From assembly GCF_009914755.1 (NCBI RefSeq), contig NC_060946.1: a stretch of DNA of 64,000 nt; one strand, 5' to 3'. The notes under the pieces were generated by a model, which made no database searches, had not been told where the DNA came from, and worked only from the letters and a program-made list of their open reading frames with translations. The DNA comes from the human T2T-CHM13v2.0 reference genome, Homo sapiens. Position numbers and translations under genes: made by a program. This document shows positions 27,972 to 48,905 of this stretch, in pieces (positions within the stretch are counted from its first letter, which is position 1; every line of letters starts with the position of its first letter).

Positions 27972-29858
27972 TGATCTATCACATTGATTGATTTGCATGT
28001 TGAAACATCCTTGCATCCCTGGGATAAATCCCACTAGGTCATTATGAATTACCTATTTATGTATTGTTTAATTCAGTTTACTAGGTGTTTTGCAAAATTT
28101 TGTGCCAATATTCTCAGATATGGGCCTTTAGTTTGCTTTTTTTAATATGTTTTTGTCTGGTTTTGATATCAGGGTAATACTAGCCTCAAAGAATGAGTTT
28201 GGAAATGTTCTTTCCTTCTCTAGTTTTCAGTGTGGTCCTACAGACTTCTTTATTAAGGCTTTAATTTTGTTAATTTTTATTGGTCTGTTCAGGTTTTAGA
28301 TTTTTTCCTAGTTCAATCTTGGTAAGTTGTGTGTGTCAAAGAATTAATTTCCTCTAGGTTTTCTAATTTGTTGGCATACAATTGCTGGTAGTATTCACTA
28401 ATGATCATTTGCTTTTCTGAAGCGTTACTTGTAATGTCTCCTTTTTCACCTCTGATTTTACTAATTTGTATCTTTTCTGTTTTTTAGTTAGCCTGTTTAA
28501 CTATTTGTCAATTGTTTTACTTTTCAAAAAATCAACTTTTTCTTTCATTAATTCTTTACATTATTTTCGTCATTTTAACTTTATCTACTTCTGCTCTAAT
28601 CTTTATTATTTCTTTTCTTCTAATTTTGGGTTAGGTTTGGTCTTTTTATTCTAGTTAATTAAGATGTATTCTTAGGTTATTTATTTGAAGCTTTTCTGTT
28701 TTTTATCTAGGCACTTACAGTTATAAATTTTCCTTTTATAATAGTACCTCTTTTACTATATTCCATAGGTTTTTCTATGCTATGTTTCCATTATCATTTG
28801 TTTCAAGAAATTTTTCTATTTTCCTCTTAACTTTTTTATTGACCTACTAATCATTCAGGAGCATATTGCTTAATGTCGATGTGTTTGTATAGTTTCTTAA
28901 ATGCCTTTTTAAATTGATTTCTAGTTTTATCCCATGTAGTCAGAGGAAATGCTTGATATTACTTCAATTTTTTGGAATGCTTTTAGACTTGTTACTTAAC
29001 ATACGGTCTACCCTTGAATATAACCCATGTGCTGAGGAGACGAATGTGTAGTATGCAGCTGTTGGAAGAATTTTTTTGTAAATATCTATTAGCTTCATTT
29101 GTTCTATAGTACAGATTAACTCTGATGTTTCTTTGTTTATTTTCTGTCTGGAAGGTCTATCCAATGACTAAAGTGGGGTGTTGAAGTGTCCAGCCATTAT
29201 TGTATTGAGGTCTCTTTCTTTAGCTCTTGTAATACTTGCTTCATTTATCTAGGTGCTTTAGTGTTGGGTGCATATATATTTTCAATTATTATATCCTCTT
29301 GATGAATTGATCTCTTTATTATTATATAATGACCTTTTAATTTCTTCCTACAGTCTTTTCTTGAAATCTATTTTTGTCTGGTATAAGTATGACTATTTCT
29401 GCTTTTTTTGGTCTCTATTGGCATGGAATAACTTTTTCCATCCTTTTATTTTCAGTCTAAATGTATCTTTATAGGTAAAGTGTGTTTTTTTTGTAGGTCA
29501 CAGATTATTGTCCTGTTTCTCTATCCATTCATCCACTATTTTTCTTTTGACTGGAGTACTTAGTTCATTTAAATTCAATGTTATCAGTGATAAGCACTTA
29601 CTCCTGCCATTTTTTTATTTGTTTTCTGATTGATTTTTGTCCTCTCTTCTTTCTTTCCTTTCTTCATGTCTTCCTTTTAGTGAAGGTGATTTCTCTGGAA
29701 TTATAATCTAATTTCTTGCTTTTTACTTTTTGTACATCTATGGTACACTTTTTGACTTGAAATTACCATGAAGCTTAAAAATAATATAATACATGATTTT
29801 AGACTGTGGACAATTTAAAACTGATTGCATAAACAAAGAAACAAGCAAAACAGAGTTT

Positions 29859-34489
<4,631 letters not shown>

Positions 34490-37401
34490 TCTACTCTTTC
34501 TATTTGAGATTTTTGCACCCCATAATTACCATATTATAATATTCACTGTTTTTCCATGTACTATTGCTAGTGAGTTCTGTACCATCAGATAATTTCTTAT
34601 TGCTCACTTTTTTTCTTTCAGGTTAAGATATCCCTGTAGCATTTCTTGTAGGACGGGTCTGGTGTTAATGAAATCCCTCAGTTTTTGTTTGTCGGAAAAA
34701 GTTCTTATTTTTCCATCAAGGTTAAAGGACGTTTTTGCCAGATACATTATTCTAAAGTAAAAGTCTTTTTCCTTCAGCTTTTTTAATATGTCATGACAGT
34801 CTCCCAGAATGTCAATTTTCCCCTAAAAAGTCTGCTGTCAGATGAATTGGAGTTCCACTGAATGTTATTTGTTTCTCTTCTCTCGATGCTTTTAGAATCA
34901 TTTCTTTATCCTTAACCTTTGGGAGTTCAGTGAAGTGCCTTGAGGTGGTCTTCTTTGGGTTAAATCTGCTTTATATTCTGTAACTTTCTGTTACTCGAAT
35001 GTTGATATCAAATGTTGAGGAATTGTTTAATATTATTTAATATTATTTATTTAAATAAATGTTCAACTCTTCTCTTTTTCTACCTCCTCTTTAAGACCCA
35101 TAACTCTTAGATTTGCTGTTTTGAGGCTATTTTTTAAATTTTATAGGCATGCTTTATTTTTTATGCTTTTTTATCTCCTCTGACTTTGTATTTTTAAATA
35201 GTTTGACTTCAAGTTCACTAAATGTATCTTCTCCTTGGTCAATTCTTTTAAGTAATTCTGATCCATTCTTCAGTATGACAATAGCATTTTAACTTCAGAA
35301 TTTCTGCTTTATTCTTTTTATTTCAATCTCATTGTTAAATTTATCTGATAGAATTTTGAATTCCTTCTCTGTCTTATATTGTACATTTCTTTGAATTACC
35401 TCAACCAGCTATTTTGGATTTCCTGTATGAAAGGTCACATATCTCTGTTTTTCCAGGATTTGTCCCTGGTGCTTTATTTAGCTTGTTTGTTGAGGTCATG
35501 TTTTCCTGCATGGTCTTGATACTTGTAGATGTTCATCTGTGTCTGGGCATTGAATAGTTCAGTCTTTATTGTAGTCTTCACAGTCTGGGCTTGTTAGTGC
35601 CCATTATCTTTGGGAACACTTTCCAGGTATTCAAAGAAACTTGGGTCCCAAACGCAATAGCAAAGTAGTTTATGCAAACACGTAGAGGTAGTGCCTTGGT
35701 GGCCTTGGATTAACATCAAGAAAAATTCTCTTGATTTATCAAGTAGAGACTCTTGTTCTCTTCCCTTACTTTCTCTCAAATCAGCAGTCTCTCTGTCTGT
35801 GCTGAGACATGTGAAGCTGGGGTTGGAGTAACATAAGCACTCCTGTGGCCAACACCACTGAGACTGTGCTGGTTCACACCTGAAGTAGGCACAGAACTTG
35901 GTCTCACGAAAGGCCCACTGCAACCACTACTTGGTTACCATATGTTTATTCAAAGCCCTAGGACACTGTGATTAATAGGTGGCAAAGCCAGCCAGGTTTG
36001 TGTCTCTGCCTATAGGGTGGCAAGTTCCCCTAGCCATGAGTGGGTCCACAGATGCTACCTGGGAGCCAGAGATTAAAACATAGGATCTTCAAAATTTACC
36101 TGCTCTTCTATTTTATTGTAGCTAACCTGGCACTTAGGGAATAAGACAAATTATTATCTACTCTTCCTTCCCCTGTCTGCAGGCAGAAGAGCCTCTACTA
36201 TGACTGCCAACACTACTGGCCCATGGGGGGTTTCCACCAAATCATCATCACTTTCTCACTTAAAGCCCAAGGACTCTTTAATTAGCTTGTGATAAATTCT
36301 GCAAAGCCTGGGAATCGACATTTGGACCAGGGCAAGTGCAGAAATGCTGACCAAGAAGACCCTAGGCCTGGAATCAGGGACTCTAAGAATCCACTTGGTG
36401 CTCTACCCCACTGTGGTTGAGTTGGCATATCAGGTGCAACGCAGAGATCCCTTTACTTTCCCCCCTGCTTTTCTCAAACAGAAGTATTTCACCATAGCTA
36501 CCACAGCTAGAAATGTACTGGGTCACACCTGAAATTAGCACTTCTCAGAGTCCAATGCCCAAGGTGTATTGGACAACCATGGTGGTTGTCATTGTTTTTT
36601 ATTCCGGGTACAGGGGTTCTTTAGTCAGCAGGTGATGAATTCTGTCAGGTCTTTACTGATATGGCAGCACTGAGTTTAACGAAAAGTCCCCCAGTCACTG
36701 TGCTCTCCCTCTCCCACATTCACAGGTTTCTCTGTGTTGATTGGCTGCTGCTAGGTGGGAGTGGGGGAGTGGTGTTGTGAGCACTCCCTTAGCTTTTCTG
36801 GCTGCTGTCTCAGTAGACCCCATTCTCCCCACCCTCCACATTCCACTGGCTCTGAGCCCAGCTCGGAATATGTCTTGCCTAATAATTGAAGTCCTTGTGG
36901 CCTAGACTGCCCCTTAAGTTCTCTTAGAGTACAATAGCACGTCAACTCATGATGGCAAGACTTGTAAAAACTCAAGCTCCCAACACTAGGATGGGAGGGT
37001 TTCCTCTTTCTAAGGCCAATATAAGTGCTCCCCCCATTGGCAGATGTCAGCTGAGTACAGTCTGGTTCTGCTTTTCACTGTGACAGGGTAGTACTGAGTT
37101 TACTGCAAAGCCTCACAAACTATGCTCTCCCTCTACCAAACATACTATCTCTGCACGATGTAGCCACTACTGGTGGTTGAAAAAGAGGTGGCATCCGTGC
37201 TTCTACACTGTCTTTTATTTGTTTGTCTTCTCCAATGTCTGTTTCAGTGATATGAAGTTAATATCAGGTACTGTGATTGCTCACCCAATTTTTGGTCCCT
37301 TTGACAGTGCTTCTTGAATGTAGTGAGTTGTGAAAATTTGGTATTTTGTGCGGTGCATGAGAATGTAGGCTTCTATCCTGCCCTCTTATTCTGTCTCTGC
37401 C

Positions 37402-38575
<1,174 letters not shown>

Positions 38576-39259
38576 TTATTCTATCACAATAAGCTGCATT
38601 TCCTTTGCAAATACAAAGTCAAACCATTCAAAAAATCACTTTAATTGTAGGGATTGACAGTATCTTTCCCCTTCTCTATCTCCTTTCCTCTTTTGTGATT
38701 TTTTTCTGATCACTATGCATCCACTCAGCAGAGTAATCTCCATTCTTAATCTGTGTGAATTGTGGTGATGAGCTGGTCAGCTCTCTTAAAATCACTAACA
38801 AAAAAGTTTTAAATTTCCTAGTTAGTAATATATTTTTATTATGCCACAAGATACTCTTAGAACAAGGACTTGTGGTCCAGGCATTATGGATTATGATGAT
38901 TAGTTCTCTGGATTTCTATAAGCTTTGAAATTAAGAGGTAAAAATCTAAAATAAACTGGACTTCATACTATTTATACATTTATTGGGTTTGTTAATTATT
39001 CCATAGGAAGACAGATGAAATACTTTTGTAGAATTCAATTCTGCTTCACCATATTTAGGGTTACAAGAAGGGAATTATATTGATGTAATTGGCAGACTGA
39101 ATTAACCTCAGTCATCACATGTGATTTTTCTAGAGTTTTTTTAATGGTGCTGACATTCTCTTCAGTATGTCCATGCTTAGCTTGGGTTTCTGGGGGAGAG
39201 ATGAGTAGCTAGTACTACCCATCTAAAACATAATGTTCATTAGTTGGAATAATGGTGTG

Positions 39260-39802
39260 ATATGATAGTCTTCAAGATGATGCCCTCAATTTCTTTCCTC
39301 CCTGCATGCACATGCTGCTCTTTACATTGACAGTTAGAGTCGAATCTCCCATTTCTTCCATCTGTGCTGGTCACAATGACTTGCTTTACCAATAGGATGG
39401 AGCAGAAGTTGTATTCTAGGACCTCCAAGGCTAGGTCCTAAGAAGCTTTGTGGTATTTGCCTGTGTGTCTTGGGACCAACTACGAAGTTGTGAGCACTCC
39501 AGATAACATGGAGAGGTCAGATGGGCATAACAGACAGCAGCCAATATGCACTGCCAGCCATATGAGTGACCCGTCTAGGCTCTTTAGCCTACTTGAGCTT
39601 TCAGGTGAGTTCAGCAGCAGCCAACCAACAGCAACTGCGAGAAAGACTCCAAAAAAGAACTTTTGTAGTGCCCATCAACCCACAAAACCATGAGAAATAA
39701 CATTATTTAAAATCACTAAACAATAACAATAAACAATATTAAACAATAAATAATTCCTTAAGTTTTGGAACGGCTTACTATTCAGCAAGAGATAGCTAGA
39801 AC
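39260..39802 (+). mobile_element. MLT1F/G/H-type MaLR LTR
   Basis: gacttgctttaccaatag..agcagaagt..aggctaggtcctaagaag..ccatcaacccaca..catgagaaataa..taagttttgg. Confidence 0.7.
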
Positions 39803-40559
39803 GAGTACTAAATATTGCACAATACTGAATAAGTGTAAGTTTAGTTGTATAATATACTTCTACATTTTAAAGCCATTGACATTTCTGGAAAGAGTGCAAA
39901 AGTGAGCACTGATTAAATGATTCCCAAGAGAAGTTGTCTGTTGTATCTCAACATCATCATTTGCCAATGGGAGCTGTATTTTGTTTTTGGCAAATATATA
40001 TTTTAATGTTCATTTTAAAAAATATACTAACAATTTTTTAGAAAGGCATATGCTATTTTGAAAAAAATTAAGCAAACCAGAGAAGTGTAAACTTTAAAGC
40101 TCTAATCATATTTATATGTTATTTAACCCATAAATCCAAAGTCTGATGACAAACATGTTTATCTAACACTGATATTTGGATAAATAAGTTAAACTAATAG
40201 TTTTCTTTTTAAATGATAGTCCTTATAATTGGTATGATGTTGAGATGGCTGCAGTGGATGGGCTCATCACCATAATAATATTTTCTCTTTAATACTTTTT
40301 TAGAACATTAAGTGACAACCAAAGAGTCTAAAACTGCGTTACACAGCAGTAATAAAATCAGAGTGACACTTACTTTGCAGCAGCAAGACTGGAATTCTTG
40401 CTCTTGGGGTTGGTGGCAGCAAACTCAATTATGGGTGTCTTCTGCTTCATGCTTGGATGGTGTGTTGGAACATTTCCTGTTTAAAACTTTCTAACACTTC
40501 CTGACTAGAGCTGTTTAAAATAGAAACAAACCCCTCTGATTTTGAATTTAGCCTGTTTA

Positions 40560-40870
40560 TTGTTATAATTTGTTCATATGTTTCTACTTTTTAGACTGTG
40601 GCTTTCTTGTAGACAGAAATTGTATCTTATACCTCTTTTTCTTCAGCAGCGCTCTGCCTGGCACCTAGTTGAATTGTCAGGTTCGTTGAATAAGTAAAGT
40701 AAAATTATGCTGGAAGTAAACTATTAAATTTATCAATTTTACTCAGAAAATATATAGCTAAATATGACGTATGAATCAATTCACTCACTGATTCAACAAA
40801 CATTTTTTAATTGACTACAGTATGCTATGAGCTAGGAATATCGCAGTAAACAAATCTCACCTTGTCTCAA
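40560..40870. mobile_element. Two degenerate L2 3' fragments in opposite orientations
   Basis: gcctggcacctagt..gttgaataa on +, and tcactgattcaacaaacattt..actacagtatgc on -. Confidence 0.5.
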
Positions 40871-41563
40871 ACTTCAGTGGATCCTGGAGTCTCCAGAAGT
40901 ATAATTCTTGCTCAATCAGCAATTCCTTTTCACTGAAGACTTGACAAGAAGGTTTGAGAAGGCAAGAGTGTGTGAACTCGGCAGATGTTTGTGATGCACC
41001 TACTGTGTGCCAGACCTTGTAGTGTCACAGGGTCTGCCTGTGTCTCCTAGGAAAGGTGAAAACTAAGGACAATATTTTAAACAAGAAATAATGCCAAGTA
41101 TGCCACATGATGGAGAGGGAAAGCACTGGGTCCCAAGAATATAACAAGCACTGAGCCTAGCGTGGGGTCCAGGCGTCTCTGGCATGGTGCCCTCCTAGGT
41201 CGTGGTTGTCCCTCCTTGTTGCTCCTGCTGTCTTCTTCAGTTACATCTGCTTCTCTGCATTTCCTCATTTTACAGTGTGTGGGATACAGTCATCTCTGAA
41301 CAGGAATAGGCAACTGTGCACCTGTTACACCGTGCTTGATGCTCTGCATTGATGTACACTGGGCCCAGGTTTCCCTGGTGGACTGCTTGGGCCATGCCTA
41401 TCATCTGGCTCTGAAGTCTTTGTTCACAGAGGTGCACTTTCCAGATGGGGAAGCCAGAGATCTGGGGTCCTCTGATGAGGCCATTCTCACCCTGCTTATC
41501 TTCCCTGACATACCTAACAGATGAAGCTCAGGTGGGGGATGCACCCCAGGCCACAGTGTGGAC

Positions 41564-42099
41564 TGTTGTAACCAAGCAAGTTACAGAGGAACGCCACCCT
41601 TTGAGACAAATTAAGGAGTCCTTTATTAGCCAGTGACCAAGAGACAGCTAACGCTCAAATTTCTCTGGGCCCTGAGGAAGGGGCTGGTTTTGTTTTTATA
41701 CCGTGGTCTAAATAGGGGAGGGGGGAGTTTAGCTGAAGCAATTTTTACAGAAGCAGAGCTAGAGCTAGCAAACAGTTAAAAAATTAATTGGTTACAAAAG
41801 AAATTACCAAAAAAAATAAACCATTCCAGGTGCAGGGGCTTTAACTATCACAAAGAGAGAAATGCAGGGGTTTTGGGTGCCATTCACCGAGCACGTCCCC
41901 AGGAGCTGCTGGTGCAGCTTGCCTCAATATCTTAATAGTAAGTGCATTTCTGGACGTGCTTTGAGTCAGTTTACACTAGTTATGCCCTTAAGGACGGGAG
42001 GTAAAGGGGGCTGCACGTGAAGAAACTAAAATGGAGTCTGTCCGGCTCTCTCTCCACTAGGAGAGAATCACTCAGGTTAAAACAAGGTAGGGTATCACA
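41564..42099 (-). mobile_element. LTR6A/6B (HERV-S71/HERV-T) solo LTR
   Basis: Minus strand starts tgtgataccctaccttgttttaacctga and ends ..ttacaaca. 4-bp TSD GGAC at 41560-41563 and 42100-42103. Confidence 0.85.
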
Positions 42100-42689
42100 G
42101 GACCATGTACAATTCTTCAAGCTCCATCTTCAACTCTCTTTCTTATTGCTCTCTTAGGACAGTATATTTAGATGGGAGTAAATGAAAATAATGTTATTAA
42201 GGGATAAGATTAAAATCGATCCCATTTGTAAAAAAGGAAGTAGATTATTTGTGAGTTGTAATACTTTTTTTTTTCAGTGAAGAATCACCTTAAAACTTGG
42301 AACCTGGATACAAGATAATTCCTTCATTCTGAAAAAGTTTAGTAGCAAAAAGTTTAGTAGCAAACTCTATGCCAGGACTATGATAATTACTAGGGATACA
42401 TGATTGATTATATAGTATAAGATGCCTTGGAATGTCAGATAGTTTCATATAAATGGCTCATGCAGTATATAGACTGTGTAGTAAAAAGAGACTACTGAGA
42501 TGAGCAGAGGACAGACAATAAAGGGTCTCTGAGTAGTAGATAAATGTGTTTGGAATTTTCACTCAAGGCTGTTGAAGTTTTTGAAGGTCGGTGGTCTCAG
42601 AGTTTTGCTGTTTTCAAGCCCTGCTAAACACTTTGTTTCTAGATGATGATTGACCACCATTACTGATCATCTATTGGCTCTTGCTGATT

Positions 42690-43207
42690 CAGCAATCCCA
42701 CTGCTGAGTATTTATGCAAAGAAAAAAATCAATGTATCAGAAAGATAACTGTACTTTTCTATTTGTTGCAACACTATTAACAGTAGCACAGATATAAAAT
42801 CAACCTAAATGTCCATCAACAAATGATTGGAGAAAGAAAATGTAGAAAATATACACACTGAAATACCATGCAGGCATAAAAAACAATAGAATCATAATTT
42901 TTGCAGACACACGGATGGAACTGGAGGCCATTGTTGTAAGTGAAGCAAGCCAGACACAGAGCAAACATCGTATTTTATCACCCATAAGCGGGTGCTAAAA
43001 GTTGTGAGGGTATTGATGTAGAGAGTGGAATGATAATGGAGACTCAGCAAGGTGAGGGGATGGAAGAGATGAACAGTGAGAAATTACTTAATGGGTACAA
43101 TGTGCATTATTCCGGTGATGGATACCTAAAAGCCCTGATTTCACCACTATGCCATCCATGCTTACAGCAAAATTGCACTTGGAACCCACAAATTTATACA
43201 AAAAAAT
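42690..43207 (+). mobile_element. L1PB-type 3' end fragment
   Basis: cagcaatcccactgctg..caacctaaatgtccatcaac..gggtacaatgtgcattatt..aatttatacaaaa. Confidence 0.8.
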
Positions 43208-45519
43208 GTGTTAGACCTCTCTCTCTTCTCTCATAAGCCTCAGAGCTCAGTGATCCCCTTGGATATCCTCAGCCTGCTGAGTTTTAACTTTCCTACATAA
43301 GGAGATTTTGGACAGAGAGAAGGGAGTATTTCAGGAAGATGTTCTCAGGAACACACTTCTAAAGAAACACTGGAGACTCTTCTACTGGCCTTTATCTAGT
43401 CACTGCTTTAAGCAAGGAATAAAACATTTGTGGTTAAAATTTTTAAAACTATGTTTCTCATCAACCCTTTAGACATGACAGAAGAGATTTTAGGATTTTA
43501 AGGCAACAGCTTTTTCTTGACCCAAAAGGGCACAGTAGTGCAAAAGCCAATGTCACGTAGGTACCTTTTCCCCATCAGTAAAATAACTTTCCGATACTAT
43601 TCCCACAGCTGGAATCAGTACAATGTTTTGACTGAGGTATTGGAAAAGCCTATGAGCTCATTATCATTTGAACATATGAGTAATGTAAAATTTAGGCAGA
43701 ATTTTATTTGAAAACATTATTTATACAATTTTTAATTAACTGATTTATATTATGGTTATTTCAAACAATAAAAATCAGGTTGTTGTGTTGTAAGCTAGAA
43801 ATATTTACAATAACACATGGTCTTGATTATCTCACATGATGAATTGAAGACTAAAGCAAAATAATTTATCTTAGGGAATTCTGTGACAGTTTCTGTTTCG
43901 CTTTGCTTAATAAAGACTTCAAACTGTTGTACATATATGGAGAACTCCTGACTAAAGAGAATTTTTTTTGACTATTGTGCTATGTTTCTGTAACTTTTTA
44001 AGATCTAGAGGAAAACACATTTAGTCTCAGTTGGCCAACAAAATGTTATGGAGTCAGCTTCTGTGTTACGTGCTGAGCATTGAAGGGATAGTGGAGACAA
44101 GGCTGCTGCCCTCGCAGAGTCTGCAGAGAAAACCTGATGGAGTGTGACAGGGAACATGTTGGGAGCATCCCAGGATGCCAAAAGTGCACACAGATGGAAC
44201 ACCTGCCTTAGAACTGGGGAGGGTCAGACAAGGAGAGTTGTCAGGAAAAACAAGGAAAGTTTAATCTGCAGGAATAGAAACAAACTTGAGAAATCCATGT
44301 GGAATGAAAAGAGAATGGCTGAGCACCAGCAGATTGTCAAAAGGGAAATCAAGAAGGAGCAGCCAAAGAGGTTGATGAAGAACCACGAGAAAGAAGGTGA
44401 CACTGAAGCCAAGGGAAAGTAAGTGTTTCAACATCTGTGGGAAAAAAATTGACATTCTCTGTCTTAACTTTGCTGTTTTATGAGTCATATAGCCACATTC
44501 CAGGTTCTGGGTAGTCCAGCACTAAAGATGTTTCTTTTAGTTTGCTTAACCCAGCATTTGCCAGAATAATCTGGGCTCAGTGTGAGTGTGTGCGTGTGTG
44601 TGTGCCTGTGTGTTCCACTAATATCTCTCTGGGGCTAGTGCTCTATACAACATAATTTTTAAAACACTGGTTTTATCCATCTTATTATGTTCAGCTGCAG
44701 CAATACTTACAAAGGTCAACTTTGATCACGTGTCTTAGTTACTAAAGAAAACAAAACAAACTAATGAATAAAGCCCAGCTGGCAGTGGCTCCTCACTACC
44801 TGTAAGATGGAGCCCACCTGGCTTGGCCTGTGTGCCCTGTGCTGACCTGGCCATGCTGACTTCTGTCTGCTGCTTTGCCTCCCCTTTCCTCCTGGAGAAG
44901 GTAGAGATGCTCTGAGATATGGCCCGTCTGGAACTTGTGTCCTTCTCCATGTTTTCCTGATTCCACTTTTATCTCGTTTAAGGGTATAGAATTTTACTTA
45001 AAGCTTCTGGTCAGGTCTCACTCTATGCGGTTTTCCTGCCACTTCTACAATGTACATACTTTACTGATACATTAATTATGCTATACCAGCTCAGGTTTTT
45101 TACTTCTATATCATTTTATATCATCATCTTTCTTTCTTAGAGCTTAGTTCACTTATTTATTCAGTCTTTCCACAATATAATTGTATGTCATATTATTTTA
45201 TATTTATTTTCATTGGTTTTATATATCTTTTCTGTAAAAAAGGAGGCTTTCTAAATGGATCTTCATTAATGTTGAGAGAACAAGGTTTTAAGTCTTGGTC
45301 TCAGCCAAAAGGAGATACCCGCATATCCAGGAGGGAAAGAAACACTTGCATTGTTGCATTAGATATTCTTACAGAGAAAGAGAACCATGTGTAATGGAAA
45401 ATTGCTAACTTTGCCTCAGAGAGACCAGGATGATTCGGTGAGAAAGTTTCTATTGCTTTAGAAAGCATAGTCCTGAGTTTTCTAGGAGAAGGAAAAAAGT
45501 TGGAGTATGGCATAAGAAG

Positions 45520-47775
45520 GAATGCCCATATCAGAAAGTTAGAAAGATCTCAAATTAACAACCTAACATCACAACTGAAAGAATTAGAGAAGCAAGAATA
45601 ACTCAACCACAAAGCTTATAGAAGACAAGAAATAACTGAAATCAGAGCTGAATTGAAAGAAATTGAGACAAGAAAAACTTTTCAAAAGATCACTTAATCA
45701 AGGTTTTTTGAAAAAATTAATATATAGGGCACTAGCTAGACTAATAAAGAAGAAAAGAGAGAAGATTCAAATAAACACAATTAGAAATGATGAAGGGAAT
45801 GTTACCACTGTCCCCAGATAAATAAAAATAACAACCAGCAACTACTGTGAACACCTCTACACACACAAACTAGAAACCCTAGAAGAGATGAATAAATTCC
45901 TGGACACATACACTCTCTCAAGACTGAACCAGGAAGAAATTTAGTCTCTGAACAGACCAAATATGAGCTCCAAAAATTGAATCCATAATAAATAGCCTAC
46001 CAACCCTCCAAAAAGCCCAGGACCTCATAGATTAACAAATTTTAACAGATGTACAAAGAAGAGCAAGTACCAGTCCTACTAAAACTATTTCAAGAAATAG
46101 AAGAGGAGTTACTTTCCCCAACTTGTTCCACAAGGCCAGCATCATCCTGATACCAAAGCCTGGCAGTGACAAAACAAAAGAAGAAAACTTCAGGCCAGTA
46201 TCCTTGATGAACATCCATTCAATAATCTACAAAAAAATACTTGCAAACTGAATTTAGCAACACATCAAAAGGCTAATTCACCATAGTGAACTAAGCTTCT
46301 TCCCTGGAATGAAAAGTTGGTCCATCATGGGCAAATCAATAAAATGTGATTCATAACATAAATGAGAACGACTTGATTGTCTCAACAGACACAGAAAAGG
46401 CTTTCAGTAAAATTCAACAAAGCTTCATGTTAAAAATTCTCAATAAATGGGGTATCAAAGGAACACACCTCAAAATAATAAAGGCCACCTATGACAAACT
46501 CACAGCCAACATTATACTAAATGGGCAAAACCTGGACGCATTCTCCTTGAAACCCCCACAAGACAATGATGCCCTCTCTCACCACTCCTATTCAACATAG
46601 TATTAGAAGTCCTTTCTGGAGCAAACAGACAAGAAAAAGAAATAAAGCCTATTTAAATAGAAAGAGAAGTCCAACTACCTCTGTTTGCAGACAACATAAT
46701 TCTCTGTCTAAATCCTATAGTTGTGACCCAAAAGCTCCTTAAGCTGATAAACACCTTCCACAAAGTTTCAGGACACAAAATCAATGTACAAAATTTGCTA
46801 GCTTTCCTATACACCAAGAAGAGCCAAACTAAGAGCCAAATCAGAGAGGCAATTTTATTCACAATTTCCACAAAAAGAACAAAACATGTACGAATACAGC
46901 TAACCAGGGAGTTGAAAAATCTCTACAATGAAAATTACAAAACACTGCTCAAAGAAGTCAGAGAAGACACAAACAAATGAAAAATCATTCCATGTTAATG
47001 GAGAGAAAGAATTAATATAATTTAAATGGTCATACTGCCCAAAGCTATTCTTATTAAACTACCAATGACATGCTTCGTGGAAGTAGAAAAAAGCTATTTA
47101 AAAATTCATATAGAACCAAGAAAGAATCTCAGTAGCCAAGGCAATCCTAAGCAAAAAGAACAAAGCTTGAGGCATCACATTACCCGACTTCAAAATATAC
47201 TATAGCACTATAGTAACCGAAACAGCATGGTACTAGTACAAAAACAGACACATACACCAGTGGAACAGAATAGAGAGGCTAGAAATAAGACCACATACCT
47301 ACAACTATCTAATCTTTGATAAAGCTGGCAAAAACAAACAATGGGGAAAAGATTCCATATTCAATAAATGATGCTGGAATAACTGTCTAGCCGTATGCAG
47401 AAGATTGAAGTTGGACTTCTTCCTTATACCATATGCAAAAATCAATCCAAGATGGGTTAAATACTTAAATGTAAAACCCCAAACCATAAAAGCCCTGGAA
47501 GGCAACCTAGGTAATACCATCCTGGACATAGAAACAGGCAAATATTTCATGATAATGACACCGAAAACAACAAATGCAACTATTGACAAGTGGGATCTAA
47601 TTAAACTTAAAAGCTTCTTCTCAGCAAAAGAAATTATCAATAGAGTGAACAGACAACATATAGAATGAGAAAAAATATTTACAAACTATGTATCTGACAA
47701 AGATCTAATATTCAATATAAGAAACTTATATTTACAAGAGAAAAACAAAAAATCCCTATTAAAAAGTGGCCAAAG
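45520..47775 (+). mobile_element. L1 (older PA/PB) ORF2 fragment
   Basis: Frameshifted ORF2 peptides: [41 protein letters not shown]. Confidence 0.88.
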
Positions 47776-48905
47776 CCCTGACTTCTGAATGGCACTTCTG
47801 GACCCAGCCAGGGACTGAGGGATCTCACTGCCCTAAAGGAAAGAACACAGGCCTGGCTGGCTTTGCCACCTGCTAATTGTAGAGACCAAAGGCCTTGAGT
47901 GAACATAGGCAGTCGTCAGAAAGTGCATGCAGCAGGACTTGAGCAAGACCCGGTGCTGCTCTAGCTTCAGGTCTGATCCAGGGCAGTCATAGCGGTGGTG
48001 GCCAGGGGTGCTTTTGTCTTTATTCTCCCAGCTTTACGTGGCTTAGAATAGAGAGAAAGACTCTGTATCTTTGAGAGAAAATAAGGGAAGGGAAAAAGAG
48101 TCTCTGGCTAGTAATTGAGAAAATTCTCCTGGGTCGTGTTGAAGGCTGTCAAGGTGGCACTTCTCTGAGTCTGGAAGAATTACAGCATTATTAGGTATAA
48201 GGTGCCCCATAAAGAAGATATGGCTTAGATCACAACCCCCAAGTCTTTTTAAATATGTGAAAAGCCTTCCGAAGAAAGAGAGCTACAAATAAGCACAGAC
48301 AGTGAAGACTACAATAAATACTCACCTATACTCTTTTTAAATTTTATTTTTTAAACCTCTCATATGGTGGTACATGCCCAAAATTTTAATGTCCAGACAT
48401 TGAAGAACATCTACTAGCATCAACACCATCCAGGAAAACATGACCTCACCAAGTGAACTAAATAAGGAACCAGGGACAAATCCTGGAGAAAAAGAGATAT
48501 GTGACCATTCAGACAGAGAATTCAAAATAGCTGTATTAAAAAAAACTGAAAGAAATTAAAGAAAACAAAGTAAAGAAATTCCAAATTTTATCAGCTAAAC
48601 TCAACAAAGAGATTGAAATAGTTACAGCAAATTAAGCAGAAATTCTGGAGCTGAAAAATGCAGTTGGCATGCTGAAGAATGCATTAGGGCCATGTAATAG
48701 CAGAATGGATCAAGCAGAGAAGACAGGCTGTTTGAAAATACATAGAAGAGACAAAAGAAAAAGAATAAAAACAACGAATAATGCCTACAGGTTCTAGAAA
48801 ATAACCTCACAAAGACAGATATAAGAGTTATTGGTTTTAAAGAAGATGTAGAGAAAGAGGCAGGGGAGGATCTAGAAAATCGCCTCACAAAGACAAATCT
48901 AAGAC
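47776..48905 (+). mobile_element. L1M1/M2-type 5'UTR-ORF1 fragment
   Basis: Homologous to the reverse complement of ~35100-36100 (e.g. accatccaggaaaacatgacctca..ccagggacaaatcctgga). Confidence 0.75.

Noticed and set aside
44735-44950. 71-aa ORF with a possible donor site (CAG|GTAGTG) in non-repeat sequence
   Set aside because: No recognisable homology and no supporting neighbouring exons. It cannot be told apart from chance.
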